The translations under genes and the position numbers were made by a program. The notes beneath the pieces were generated by a model. That model was not told where the DNA came from and did no database searches. It was given only the letters and a program-made list of their open reading frames with translations. From positions 78,616,001 to 78,680,000 of the forward strand of contig NC_059427.1 of the NCBI RefSeq assembly GCF_021028975.2: DNA of 64,000 nucleotides. The letters are read 5' to 3'. The stretch comes from Sphaerodactylus townsendi. Lineage: Eukaryota. Below, in pieces: positions 13,053-26,446 of this stretch. The stretch's first letter is position 1. Every line of letters begins with the position of its first letter.

Positions 13053-14211
13053 CAGTGACATAGATATAGATTTTTATGGGGGGGGTTCGGGGGCGAGGCC
13101 ATGTCCCCACCTGCCTCTGGGGGCATAGCCACGCCTCCCTAAGCCCCACCCCAGCCTAAGTGCTTATAAAAGCAGTTCTCTGAGGCAAGGGATGGCAGAC
13201 TCCCGTGACCCACCTGCCCTGCCTCCCCCACTGGCTGGGCTCCCAGCTGGCAGCCGGCAGTCCCTTCTCTCTCCCCTCCAGGCAGAGGGGTAGCTAGGGA
13301 AAATGGAGCTCAGTGCAAAATGTGAGGTTTGCGCATCCCCACCCCCATGGGCAACTGCTGTGATGCTGGAATCCACCCCCAAACAGCATCACTTTCAATG
13401 GTGTTTAAATTAGGGAGCCCATATTCTCCTTTTAAATCCACTTTAAAGGGAGAATCTGAGGTCCCCAGATAAAACAATATCAAAAGTGATGCTGTTTGGG
13501 GGTGGATTATCCCCCACCCTGAAACAACATCACTTTCAATGTTTAAACTGGGGACCTCAGATTCTCCCTTTAAATCCATGCTGAAGGGGGTAGATTTTAA
13601 AAGAGAATCTGGGAAAATTTGGGGGGTGCCTGCTGTCAGGGGTACAATTGTTAAGCTAGCAGCACCAAACTTTCAGGGTATCTTTGGGAGACTCTCCTGA
13701 TGATACCGCCCAGGTTTGGTGAAGTTTGGACTCTCAAAGGTGTAGCCCCCATCTCCCATTAGCTTACATTGGAAACAACGGGGGATGGAGGCACCTCTTT
13801 GGGAGTCCATATCTTTGTACCCCCTGGACCAACCTTCACCAAACCAGGTTGGTATCAGAAGCAGACTGTCCTGATGATACCACCTAGGCTTAGTGAAGTT
13901 TGATTCAGGGGGTCTAAAGATATGGACCCTCAAATGGGTAGACCCATCTACTATTAGCTCCCATTGGAAACAATGGGGGATGGGGCACCCCTTTTGGGGG
14001 TCCATAACTTTGGACCCCCAGAACCAAACTTCACCAAACTTGGCTGGTATCATTAGGCCAGCCTAAAACTGCTAGCCTAAAAACTGTGCCTCCTGCAGGT
14101 CAAAAACCGAAAAACACTTAAAAATACAAAAACCCACAAACGGGGGGGGGGGGAGCTTCGGACATGCATTGGGGGGTCTGAACCCGAGAACCCCCCTTAC
14201 CTACGTCCTTG
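13053..14211. mobile_element. Full-length non-autonomous hAT transposon
   Basis: Perfect 8-bp TSD GTGGGGCA (13045-13052 and 14212-14219); imperfect TIRs CAGTGACATAG / CTACGTCCTTG; internal direct and inverted subrepeats. Confidence 0.9.
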
Positions 14212-14904
14212 GTGGGGCATGACAAAGTTGTACAGGGAAATTCTTTTGCCTTCTCAGCATCTATTTAAATTAGGCTGAATGACCCAAGATCACTCATTGA
14301 TTTTTGCAGCCATGCAAGCAATTTGAACCCAGCGTTCCCTACTCCAGGTTCCACACTGGTTCACACCATATATCATTTACCTTGAGTTCCATTCTAAGTG
14401 CCACATGAGCAGCAAGAAAGGTGCTTTAGAGATTGTAGCCAACCTAGGACTTGGCTGTGGCCCTTTAGACGTCAATCTGAACCCTTTGCACCTGGCTCAT
14501 CTTACTGAAGCTGGCTGTGCTAACCAAATCCTAGATGATCAGTCATAATATCTTTGGCATAACTTGAATGAGGCATTCATACAATCCAATGATTCTAGTG
14601 GAGGAGTGATTATGTAAGTTGTCCGTGATGTCAAAAGAGTTTAGCACTTCTTATGTCCTTGAGCAATAAAAAACCCATTTCCAAGTTCTAAAGTGATTTA
14701 GTTTCTTTTGGTGGGAGAGGTTTGGAACCTCCTGCAGTTTAAATTATAAATACTTATGCAGAACATAGTGAAAATGAACAGATTCTTGCAGCATGAAGCA
14801 AAACAACTGATCTTCCATTTAGTTCTCTACAACCTCCCCCTCCCCCAATTGTTCCAGTCCATCTAGGATCGCATTTTTATGTATCTTTATTTGTCATAAA
14901 TTCC

Positions 14905-14982
14905 ATGTGGACGGTCCCAGCGTCGTGGGGGCGGCGTGGTTTACTCTGACCCAACCCCTTCCGCCTCCGTGCGGAAGGGGCC
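14905..14982. mobile_element. Partial PIF/Harbinger-like MITE (one end only)
   Basis: CpG-rich piece ending GTGCGGAAGGGGCC, the TIR shared with other copies in the window. Confidence 0.6.
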
Positions 14983-16525
14983 TCCATGTAGCTAAAGGGT
15001 GTCATCCTCCAGCGGCTGGTCAATTATTCCATTCCATCATTAAAATGATTTGTTACGTCCTTGATCACCATCAAATATGTCAGGCAAGACCATAGACACA
15101 TCCATGCTAATCAGGACAGTGAAACTTCCAGTAATATGAATACATGCATGAATACTTAAATTCAGTGAGGAATGGGGATACATCCCAGCATGGATCTGCT
15201 CTCTAGAGATACTTACATTTCACTGTCTGTTTACTAACTCCAGCTGTGCATATCTACATGTACCAGCTGTATTGGACCACAGAGATACAACTACTTAGAA
15301 AAAATACTATTTTAGACTTCTGGAAGACATGGTGTCCCGTTCAGTCTGAGCTTTGGCTGCACTCACTGAAAGGGGCAAATAGCTGGGTTAAGAGCAGACT
15401 GGGTCTAACTCTGGTCTCCTCTTTTCTTTTCTTTTTGAGGACCTTTAATTCAACAGGTAGGCTGGTTTGAGTTTGTTTTGACCCACTGGCTCTGATGAAA
15501 TCTGAGATCAGTGACTGCTAGTGTGCTGACAGAAAGGACAGTCCCTTCATCCCTCCCTTTTTTCTTTTCTTCTAAGTTTCCTTTTTTCCCCTTCTGTCTA
15601 AAGTTTTCTTTTTCGATCTGCAGTAAAAACAGGTTGAGTATTGAAGGACTTCCTTTTTCTTAAGGTACCTTTACCAAGAAAGAGAAGCTGTTGTTGAAAC
15701 GATTTTAAGACTCTCAGACACTTAAGACAAATGGCTGGTTACAAGCTGATTTATTGTCCCTTGATTAGGTATATGGACTTTCTCTCAGTTCTGAGAAGCT
15801 TTTGGAGTAATTTATAAGCATTTAGGAGACCCTTTTGCTAAAACTCATTGTTTGAAATTTGTTTAGCCTTTTGTACTGGAGTTGCAGGGCTCTTTGCTAC
15901 CAAATGGATTACAAACTATTTTGGCTCAGATATCAGAAGATTTTGGGATTTAAAGGCATTTAGGACTGACTTTTTGGTTATAAGGAGTGGTGACAAGGGA
16001 GTTATGGGTTGATTTTATTAACACTTGAAGAACCCTTTTGCAAAAGTGTGAAAACAGTGGGTGATGTTTGGTTGAAACTTGCCTTCAGTTGCCTGACTGG
16101 AAACAGCTTCATACCAAAACTGTTTACTACAGGCTGTGGAAATGGCAGCGTTTTCCATAACATTATTACAACCAGATAACTATATCAGCTTTGTTGGAAA
16201 TTTTTATAGTTGCCATTTTGTGGATTTTCTGAGACATTTTAGTTATTAAAAAAATGCCTGCAAGCTTAACAAAAAATAAATTACTCTCTTTGCAAATAAG
16301 CCAATCAGAAAACAACATAAGACAAAATCTCAAGAGTTTAAAAAAGGATTTTACGCAAGTGGATCTTAATTTAAGAGCAGAACTACAGAAAGAGTTACAG
16401 AATATTAGACCATCAATAATTAGTGGAGAACCCAAAGGAACATATTGGACAAAGAAATAACAAAGACTCATTTGGAATACATTCACCAAAAAGAGAGTTA
16501 TGAGAAAAAATATAGTAGTTTCAGA

Positions 16526-17777
16526 GGCTCATTCTGCACACAACGATGAAACCGCATACAGACGGGAGGTTGAACAACTAGCCTCGTGGTGCCACTGGAA
16601 CAATCAAGAACTGAACACACTTAAAACCGTAGAAATGGTGGTAGATTTCAGGAGAAACCCTCCCATCCTACCTCCTCTCACAATACTAGACAACACAGTA
16701 TCAATAGTAGAGACCTTTAAATTTCTAGGCTCCATCATATCTCATGACCTAAAATGGTCACCTAACATCAAAAATGTCATCAAAAAAGCACAACAAAGAA
16801 TGTTCTTTCTCATGTCAACTCCAGGAAGCTCAAACTGCCCAAGGAGCTGCTTGATACAGTTCTACAGAGGAATCATTGAGTCTTCGTCATCTGCACCTAC
16901 CTCTATAACTGTGTGGTTTTGGTTCTGCAACCCAACAAAGATCGGACACAGACTTCAGAGAATAATTAGAACTGCAGAAAAAACAATTGCTGCTAACCTG
17001 CAGCTTCCATTGAGGACCTTGTATACTACGCATCGGGTCAAAAAAAAAAAAGGGCTGCATGAAAATATTTCACTGACCCCTCGCGATCCTGGTCATAAAA
17101 CCTGTTTCAACTCCTTACTCCTCTGGAACTGATCGCTACAGAGCTAAGCACTGCACACCTCAAAGACAACTAGACATAAGAACAGTTTTTCCAGAATGCC
17201 ATCACTCTATTAGCAACAAAATAATTTCCTCCGATAATGTTAAACTATTTTATTATATATTTATTATATAATTACTGCACTACTTTTTTCATCATTCTTA
17301 TTACCCATCTCCTCCCACTTATGACTGTATGACTATAGCCTGTGCTGACATTTCATTTTAATTTATTTTATTTTATGATTTTACATTTTATGGTTTCGTT
17401 ACTATTGATTGTTTCCTGATTGCTTACTAGACCTATATGACAATCATTAAGTGTTGTACCTTATGATTCTTGACAAATGTATTTTTCTTTTATGTACACT
17501 GAGAGCATATGCACCGGAGACAAATTCCTTGTGTGTCCAATCACACTTGGCCAATAAAGATTCTATTCTATTCTATTCTATTCTATTCTATTCTATTCTA
17601 TTCTATTCTATTCTATTCTATTCTATTCTATTCTATTCTATTCTATTCACATGCAGAATAATGCACTTTCAAACTGCTTTCAATGCTCTTTGAAGCTGTG
17701 CGGAATAGCAAAATCCACTTGCAAACAGTTGTGAAAGTGGTTTGAAAACGCATTATTTTGCATGTGCGGAAGGGGCC
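16526..17777 (+). mobile_element. PIF/Harbinger-like palindromic MITE split by a LINE insertion
   Basis: Left TIR GGCTCATTCTGCACA at 16526; remainder resumes at 17648 and ends GTGCGGAAGGGGCC; 3-bp TSD AGA/AGA. Confidence 0.85.
16541..17647 (+). mobile_element. 5'-truncated Rex1/Babar-type LINE with (TTCTA)n tail
   Basis: RT C-terminal region DETAYRREVEQLASWC...LNTLKTVEMVVDFRR...FKFLGSIISHDLKWSPN...KKAQQRMFFL; AATAAA at 17553; about 17 TTCTA units; CACA duplicated at both ends. Confidence 0.9.
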
Positions 17778-18169
17778 AGAAATTCAAGGAAGAGGGAAAA
17801 TTCCAGGTATTCCTGAAATAAGAAGCAAAAGAGACCTCCAAAAAAAAAAAGAATTGGGGTAGAAATACCTGCAGAAATACCTCTCAGCTAGTGAGAACCT
17901 TTCTGATACTGTGTGCAAACTTGCAGAGTTGGTCAGGATTTATTGCATACTTTGAGAATACAACCTGCTTCGGAACTTTTTCTATCTACAGAAAATACAA
18001 TTACAGAAAATTAAACATCTGTGCTATGCAGAGGCATAGAAAGGAAAAATGGAGTCCAGGTTAAAATCTGAGTTTTCTGCCCCCAACCCCCCATTGGCAG
18101 CCATCCTCCCTCACCACAGCCAAACAATCTATTAGTAGCAAAGCCCATTGCTGGGGAGATGAAATGGGC

Positions 18170-18745
18170 CCTAGAAAAGGGTGGAAGAGGAAGGCTCTCC
18201 CCAGCAATGGGCTTTAGTGGGGCTGTAGCAGCCCCCACCCCACCCTTGCTGAAGGTGTGACACTTACCTGGGTGTGCATCTGTGGTTTGGGGGTGGCTCG
18301 AAGTAGGAAGGAAGGTGAGGATAGGAGGATGGTGTAGAGGAGTGGGGTGGGGGAGGGGTGGCAAAGTGAAGGCTGGAGTGGAAGAGGATGGAACAGAGTG
18401 GCTTGGGGTGGTGGCAGGGTTGAAAGGGCAGGCTTGGGGTGGCATATTGGGAGAGAGTGGAATGGGAGGCTTCAGGTGGGGAGGTAAAAAAGCGAGGGTT
18501 CTGGTGGGACAGGGTGGCAAGGTGAGGGTTTGGGTGGGGAGGGAGGGAGGGTTGAAAGGTAAGGCTTTGGGTGGTGGGAGGGTTGGAAGGTATGGCTAGG
18601 AGGAGAGGGTTGGAAGGTGAGTTTGAAGGTGGGCAGGGTTGGAAGGTTAGTATTAGGGTGGGGGAGAGTGGCAAGGTAAGGGCTGAGGGGGTTGGGAGGG
18701 TTGCAAGGTGAGGCTTGGCGCAGGGGAGTATTAGAAGGTAAGGCT
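18170..18745. repeat. G-rich degenerate tandem repeat (GGGTTGGAAGGT / GGGTGGCAAGGTGAGG units)
   Basis: Strong G skew on the + strand with many GGG tracts. Confidence 0.75.
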
Positions 18746-20635
18746 TGGTATTCTGCCCCCCAAGTGAATCTGTTTTTGGTGCCCTGTACTTGGCTAGGAC
18801 AGAGTGGGGGAGACACAAGCCAGGTTCAACAGTTCAACAATAGATTTATTGCTTAAGAGAATTAAGACCCTAAGTCCTCCTTTGGGTCTGTCTAAATCAG
18901 AGTACATGCTTGTCTTGAGCAGATGTGAAGCTGTAGACTGTGTCTTCTCTTGGCTGCTTTCAAGGAAGTCCACTGTGTCACACAAAGGGGATAGTGTATC
19001 AATTCCCTATTGGGTTGACAGGATTCTGTGGCCAGTGTCCAAGGGGAGACATGTGCATGCTGAGTGATTTCCTCCTCCCCTCATCATCTGGGATGCTGAC
19101 ATGCTGTGCCTATCCTGTGAACTGGAGTTTTGTGCTTTGCTTCAAACTCAAAAACAACAGGACTATTTCCCAAAATGCTGGGATCTACCCATAGCAGGCC
19201 CACCTTTACTACAGATTTAGGCTACATTATTTTTGTTAGCTTTTTCGCTGCCATGAGACTCTTTGTTGCGTTCAGATGTGCAGATGCTTATCTGGTGAAT
19301 AATCACAGGACACATCGTGAAATAAAACGCTCCAGCATCACAGTTCTTTTTTCATGATGGTAAACAAAAATGAAATGCAATGAAGAATTTTTGAATGAAT
19401 GAAGGAGTAAAAACAAGGACAGTCCAAACTATTAGAAATTTAGAGAAAAAGAAGTTTAAGTTCGGAACTCTTCTTGTGTCATCTTTGTGAACTTTATTAT
19501 GGCTGACTCGCTGTCTGTCAGAGAACTGCCCTCCAAAGGCCATGGCAGCCAACTATTTTACAAGCGTAAAAGGCACAGTATGATGTTACAGTCCCAAGTG
19601 CTATTAAAGCATTCTTCACTCCTGGTGGTCAACCATGCCACTGTATCTTGTTAAATTCAGGTACAGTCCATTCTTGCTTGCAAGTGACCGTTCCTGATGT
19701 GCTTATTGGTCCCAGGGAAAGTGTGCCAATAAAAATGCAAGTCTGTCTTTGATTATGTGGAGTTGCTCTCAATGGCTACTTCAATTAAGTTGACATTTTC
19801 TTTTTGAGATTTTAATAAACTGCTGTCTAAATCTTGTCAATGTATTATTTCAGAAAGCACAATTAACAGCATCACAGGATGCCCCTTTACTGTACTTTAT
19901 GGATTACCACTCCAAAAGGATGTTATTTATAAGGATCTAAAGGTCCTGACATTTCTGTGTTGAAAAAGTCATTCTCTAAAGAAGTACTTGATTTTGTTGT
20001 TGATGGTTTATTTTTAGACTCTTTCACATGTGCACACACACTCTCTTAAAGTCAAAGTCCCTTCCCCTAAAATCTACTTGGATTTCTAGCTGTCTTTAAT
20101 CTAAGGTAAGTAACTCATAATCCTAAAATAAAAACTCCCCAAATTCTATAAAAAATATATCTTACCCATACCATGAAGTTATGCCCAAATAAAAATGTCG
20201 CACAACACTTATGGAAACCTTTTGGCTTATGATTATCCAAAAGAATGGGGTTGATGGGAGAGAGTATAAAACTTCTTGCTATAGACTTGACAACTCACTG
20301 TACAATTTGTGTAGTATTATAGATCACAATGTCTAAGATTCAGATTCAGAGCTTTATTGCTTAAAGGCAGCATTTAGAACTGTCATAGAAAAGAAGAAGC
20401 CAATGAAATAATGAATCATTAGTATGGTATTCCATTATGTGTAGTTCCACAGTGGTTAGACACCATAAATAGGTTGAGGATACCCAAATCTGAACATTGT
20501 ATCCGCCAGAACATTTCTACAGATAGAAGGATTTCTACTGAAGGTGCTCAGCTTTCCCACCTCCCTACAGCTCAAAATGCCCCCCATGTTATACTTTTGG
20601 GTTACATGGGTGCCCTGACCTGGATGATCTAAGAG

Positions 20636-20815
20636 TTACCCCAGTCTAATCAGACAACAAGTTAAGCATGGTCAGCCACCATTTTGGATGGGAGATCACC
20701 AAGGAAGCCCAGGGTTGCTATGCTGAGGCAGGCAATAGCAAACTATCTCTGAATGTCTCTTGCCTTGAAAATACTGTGGGGTTGCCATATGTGGCTACAA
20801 CTTTGCAGCACTTTC
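20636..20815 (+). mobile_element. 5S-derived SINE, diverged second copy
   Basis: aagttaagcatggtcag...ttggatgggagatcacc resembles the 5S internal control region; body similar to the 12667 copy. Confidence 0.6.
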
Positions 20816-20994
20816 CATCCCCACCTCCACCTAGATACAACATCTGGGGGATTTACAAGGTACAGTGCGAAGGGAAAGGAGAGAAAGTTGTACTCTGGCA
20901 GAAATTCTTCAATTTGTGGAAATGCTATTGTGAATCCAACCCAGTATTTTTTTTGCCTAGAACACTAGAGGCTGCTGCTGCAACTCTGAGGCAT

Positions 20995-21225
20995 TTTCTG
21001 TCAGGCTTGGTCAAGTGGATAAAAGTAAACATGCTGAAGGTAAATCCCAAAAAGATGGAGGTGATGCTGGCCTTTTAGAATGCATTATAAGCCCCAATTA
21101 CATAAGGACTTCAGGGATTATTCTGGATCCAGTGTTGTTGGAGAAGCAGGTGAGCTCAGCTGCTAAGCATATTCTTTCTGTCTTAATTCGACATGGAAAT
21201 TGGTTCCCTATCTTGAGAGCATGAG
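20995..21225 (+). mobile_element. Old L2 LINE fragment
   Basis: Translates WIKVNMLKVNPKKMEVML, resembling the L2 WMxxNxLKLNPxKTE motif, followed by GIILDP. Confidence 0.6.
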
Positions 21226-23590
21226 ACAAAATCTGTAAGAACTCCGCACCAGGAATGGTAGATCTCTTGCTTGCTTGTTTATTAGATTTGGTAGGCCACC
21301 CCTCCCCTTCCAGGCTCAGGGTGGTGTACAATAATCATATAAACATACAACTAAGTGGTGAAACACTTCCTGCTTGGCACCTCCATGGAGCAGTAAGAGC
21401 AAAATGAGGTGGGGGGGATTATCATTGAGCTAACACTGTGACATCACTCCTGGCACAAATCTGGAATTGATGTCATCATGTTGGTGCAACATTGCACTTA
21501 CACATACAGTTGTTCTTACCTACCAGAGTCTCTTGCTGATGCCAACTGCTCAGCTGACAACCCTACTCTATACTCAGAGGTGATCTGATAATAATGAAGG
21601 GTTTCCAGTAATATTATTTTTTTGTGTTCGTTTTGTCTTAAAAGGCTTTTCTTTCCCATATTTCCTCTGTTTTATACACAAACTAGAACCACATCTTGGC
21701 TGCAGCACCCTCAAGTCGTGTCCCCATTGATCCTCTTTTGTGCCAAGAATCTACACTCTTTGGTCCCAAGGCTGTTCCTCCACCTTGGTGCATTGTACAA
21801 TTGTCCTCTAGTAAACTTCATAACTGATTTTGACTCTGTTTGAGATTCAGAAGCAGAGGCAGCAGTAGTAAGGGAACAGAATTTGAATTAGGAATGGGAA
21901 GTGAGAAGGAGAGTGAAGGAGAAATTTTCGCCTTGTGAAAGAGAACTGCAGGGCCTGCTGTAATTCTGGATAGTTCTGCCTAATAAAACCCAAATGTTTA
22001 TGTCAAACTGAGAGTCCTCCTTGGTTGACAGGAGTCTTAGGAAGGTCTACACAGAATCCTACTAAAGTCTATTCAGTGGGGCTTACTCCCAGGAAAGTTT
22101 CTGTGGATTGCACTATAAATCATTGATACTACAAGAAATGTCTTGGCAAGGAAACTGTGGGAGCAGCAGTGATGGAAGTATATGGTATGAAACTTGAAGG
22201 AATTGAGGCCCCCAGGATAACCAGATTTCAACACAAAAAGTTCAGCCCTGAGACAGAAACAGCAAGTTTGCACACTGAGTTGACTATGACTGAGAAAGAT
22301 GAGGAATGGAAAGCACAGCTATTTTAATATTTAACTAGGAAAAATGTGTGAGAGGAGAAAGTGGGAAACCCTAAAACAACTGACAGAGGCAGTTGACACA
22401 TACCATGACCACATAGTGTGTGTGTGTGTATTATACACACACAAACACACACATTCCTTATTCGAGGATAAGATAGAGAGTGATGCAAGGGACTCTGTGC
22501 AAATTCCTTGAATGCCTTCCTCTCTTCAAGTAAATCAAACTGTCCTTTGAAATCTTGCTCATGGGGAATGGGGGAATTGGAACAAGAACTAAATAAAGAG
22601 TACAAGTTCAGATTATGACTTCGAGAAGTAGGAAACTGATTTGTGAATGCAAGCATTCTGATTTAATGAATGAACTGCGGAAAGCTATATGCAATGCAAA
22701 AAGAAAATGTCCATCCTATGGCAAAGAATAAACAGGATGTAGGAAAACAACCATTTCAGTGTTCACCCACATAAGGAAAAAACAATTTATTCAGTGAGGG
22801 GACAGGGAGATGATGCTTGAGGGAGAAATCTTCAGTGCAGCTCTCATTTATCCACAGACTCAAGTGCATTACAGAAGCAATATTTGTAACTGATCATGGA
22901 AAAAAGACCAAGAAGATTATTGGTGGGAAAGGAGCTATTTGCAGTGTTCTACTTGTAATTACATCAGAATTAGGTAGTTCTCTGAAACAATTTTGTGCAC
23001 ATGGGTGACATTTAAGTAGTATGACATGGGTCTACAGACCACTTTTACGTATAGACACGGATGTCATAAGACTAGGCTGGAATGAAAAATTGAGGCTAGT
23101 TCTTCACAGGGTAGGAATCTGACAGTATGCCACATTTCACAACAGCAAGCCAACCTTATAGTGCTTTAAAAATAATGAAGTTGCTGAAAGTAAGAGTTGT
23201 CATATCATGATAAATATTCCAGTGTGCACATGTGTAAGCATGTAACAGAGAAAGGGGAGAACTGTAGTTGTCACAAATTGCATGCCACAGGACTGGAACT
23301 TACTCTTTTATTTATTTGCTTCATTTCCTTTCACTTCAGTGAGAACCCAAACTTATCTGCTGCATTAAGATTTGTTTAACTGGTTAAAGTGAGCACCTAG
23401 GTCTCTCCTGGTTTATTGTGGAATATTAATTCTTCCTCCTTGACAGAGTTATTTCTACCCTCTTAAAAATTATCACACTAACAATGCACTCTTAAATAGA
23501 TCTGCTACTGGATCCTTTCCAATCTGATTTCCTTTCCAGTATGGTTTCAGGCCTACCTATAAGAGTGAAAAAACCTTGATCACTCTACAG

Positions 23591-23726
23591 CAGTGGTGGG
23601 AAACCTGTGGCATTCCAGATGTTCATGGACTACAATTCCCATCAGCCCCTGATTGGTCATGCTGGCAGGGGCTGATGGGATTTGTAGTCCATGAACATCT
23701 GGAGTGCCAAAGGTTTGCCACCACTG
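23591..23726. mobile_element. Palindromic hAT MITE
   Basis: Perfect 8-bp TSD CTCTACAG; CAGTGGTGG...CCACCACTG TIRs; whole element self-complementary. Confidence 0.92.
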
Positions 23727-23844
23727 CTCTACAGCATAGCTTGGACTGTGAGATGGGCTGGAGGAGTTATTTGGAGATTTGGGCTGGGTTCTCACTACTG
23801 CACAGATGTTCTTGTGCTTCCAGTAGATTCCAAGGAGGCTGTGA

Positions 23845-24720
23845 ACTGAACTGTTGCCTGGAGGCAGTTTTGTGGTGGATGGAGACTAATAAATCAAAGT
23901 TATATCCTGACCCAATGGAAATGCTACTGGTGAGCAGTATCTCCTGTTTTTGGTATCTCCTGTTCTGGATGTGATTCTACTTCTCCTGAAGGTACATAGG
24001 TTGGGTGGTACTGGTGAACCCATGCCTCTTGTTGGAAAGATGAAGAGTTTGGATTTATACCCCACTTTTCTCTCCTGTAAGGAGTTTTAAAGGGGCTTAA
24101 AATTCCTTTCCTTCCAACCCCTCAACAGACACCTGGTGAGGTAGGTGGGGCTGAGAGAATTCTGAGAGACCTGTGAGTAGCACAAGGTCACCCAGCAGGC
24201 TTCATGTGTAGGAGGGGGAAACAAATCCAGTTCACCAAATAAGAATTCATGTGGAGAGCGGAGAATCAAACCCAGTTTTCCAGATCAGATTCCACCACTT
24301 AACCACCACACCATACTGGAACTCCAGAGTGGTTGAAAGGTCATGGAAAAGAGTGTTTTCTACTAGCTGTGACTGATTAATCAGCTGTAGCTCTTCCTGG
24401 ATAGAAAAGGTCTGACTACTGTGGTACATGCCCTGGTTATTTCTAGGTTAGGTCACTGCAAAGAACTGTATGTGGGGCTGCACTAGAAAAATGTTTGGAA
24501 TATTCAGTTAGCACAGAATTCAACAACTAAGATATTGACTGAAGTGGGTTGTAGGGACCATATCACTCCAGTTTTATTCCATCTAAACAGGCTTCCAATA
24601 TGCTTTGGGTTCAATTCAAGGTGGGGCTGATTCAGCATACTTTAAGGACTGCTGATATTAACCTACCCAACCACTACGATCATCTTCTGATGCTCTGCTT
24701 AAATCCACTTAGTGAGGCTT
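23845..24720 (+). mobile_element. Old L2 LINE fragment interrupted by a SINE
   Basis: CCLEAVLWWMETNKSKLYPD motif. After the SINE it continues with VHALVISRL-like and QLAQN-like segments similar to the 26447 L2. Confidence 0.7.
24037..24319 (-). mobile_element. Squam3-like SINE inserted into L2
   Basis: Reverse complement of the ...ataaatccaaactcttc tail and ccccacctacctcac body. Confidence 0.85.
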
Positions 24721-26446
24721 ACTTCCAGGAGAATATTGGTGATATTTAGTACTATCCTGTGCCATGTTGTCCCCGTCTAAGCCTACTGAAATGCACCAGC
24801 TTGCATTTTAAATACATTAAATAACGACAGAATAACAGACTTGTATTAATTACATAAGTCTGAACAATACTCAATTCTTGTCTAAAGACAAGAAATATTC
24901 AAAGGAGTTAAACAGTTTGTTTTATAAGGTTTTCTTTAACACAAAATCACAGAATGAGAAAGGACGGGATGGAATCCTGCAGAAAAATTCCTACCAGTTT
25001 TCATTCACTGGCCCTTAACTATGAGGCACATTTACTTAACAAATAAGAATCTAATGGATTAGGCCTTATCTAATTATGGATTCTGCTTTAAGCTGCTGCT
25101 TGTACTGTCTATAGTTGCTGTTGGCATAATTAAGTTGAATGTACTTTTAATGATGTCGTCTTAACTCATACATGATTAGAATCAAAGGAGGATGAGCTGT
25201 CAGCAGTCCAAAAGAGGGCTTCTTTCTGCAGCTTTTGATGGGGCTCGCACTGAGATATTAATACTGCAGACTTCGAGGTTAACAATAGTGGTGTTGATGT
25301 GGGGAAAGCTTGTCATACCATTTGAGCTAATCTAAGACAAAACCCACCCCCAGTTCTTTGAAGCTGAGCAAGCCCATGCATCCCATACCAGGCCACTGCA
25401 AGTACCACTTGACTTTGCAGAGGAATGCCTAGTCAGCAAAATGACATGGGGTGGGGGTGGGGGATGGGGATGGGGGGTGTAATCAAATTAGGTGTGCTGG
25501 CAGCTACAGACAGCAGCTTCTACAAAACAGGGGTAATTAGCACCTGAAGTGCACTTCTGATATCAGATGCTTTGTTGTTGTCCGTTACCTCTGGGAGCTC
25601 AGTTTTTGTTTACCAGCTCTTGTTCGGATCCAATCAGCTGTTTCGTTAAGTCTTTTTCAGTTCTATTTCTTATCATGTGGCATTTGTCCCTGGAGTCCTC
25701 ACGATCCCCAGGATGGCCTTTTAGGAGCACAAAGAAGTCCCTTATCTCCTTGTCCACCCCACTGTAAAAGCTGGTTGGCTCCATATCCTTGCTTCAATTC
25801 CTGTGTCTTTTGCTCCAATGAAAATAAAGGGCTAGATCCAGAGTAAAGCCACTTCCATGGAGAAAAAGCTTCTGCCTCCCCCTCCTTCTGCAGCCCATTG
25901 ATCTCACCAAAATGCTGCTCCTAGGGGACAAGAGACTCTCATGAACAATGTGAGAGGCAAACTGGGGACCTGTAGTAAAAAGAGGAAATAGGTAGAAATT
26001 ACCTCTCCCCTTCCATTAGCAAAATGTGTAGTCTGGAAGTACCACTTGACTTTGTGCTGTGAAATTCTGAACAGAGAATCATGAAGTTTGGCATCTTTCC
26101 TTCAGTTTTTATAAAATTTTGCATGCATAATCCCTAAATTTAGCATTAAAAACAGGATATGTACTCAACTTGTGTTGATTTTGAAAAGAGTTTTCCAGTC
26201 TTTTCCAAATACATTTATATTCCTCTTTGATTCCTATTGAGGACCCAAAGTAGTTTACAACACCATTACAACACCATCTACTCCTTCTCCATTTTATCCT
26301 CACAGTAACGATCCTGTGAGTCTGAGTGACTGGCCTGAGACAACCTAGCAAACTCGTGTGACTGATTTTCAGACCTGGATCTTCCAGATGCTAGTCAAAT
26401 ATTTTAACAACTGCAACATGCCGGCTTTACATAGTACAGAACAACC

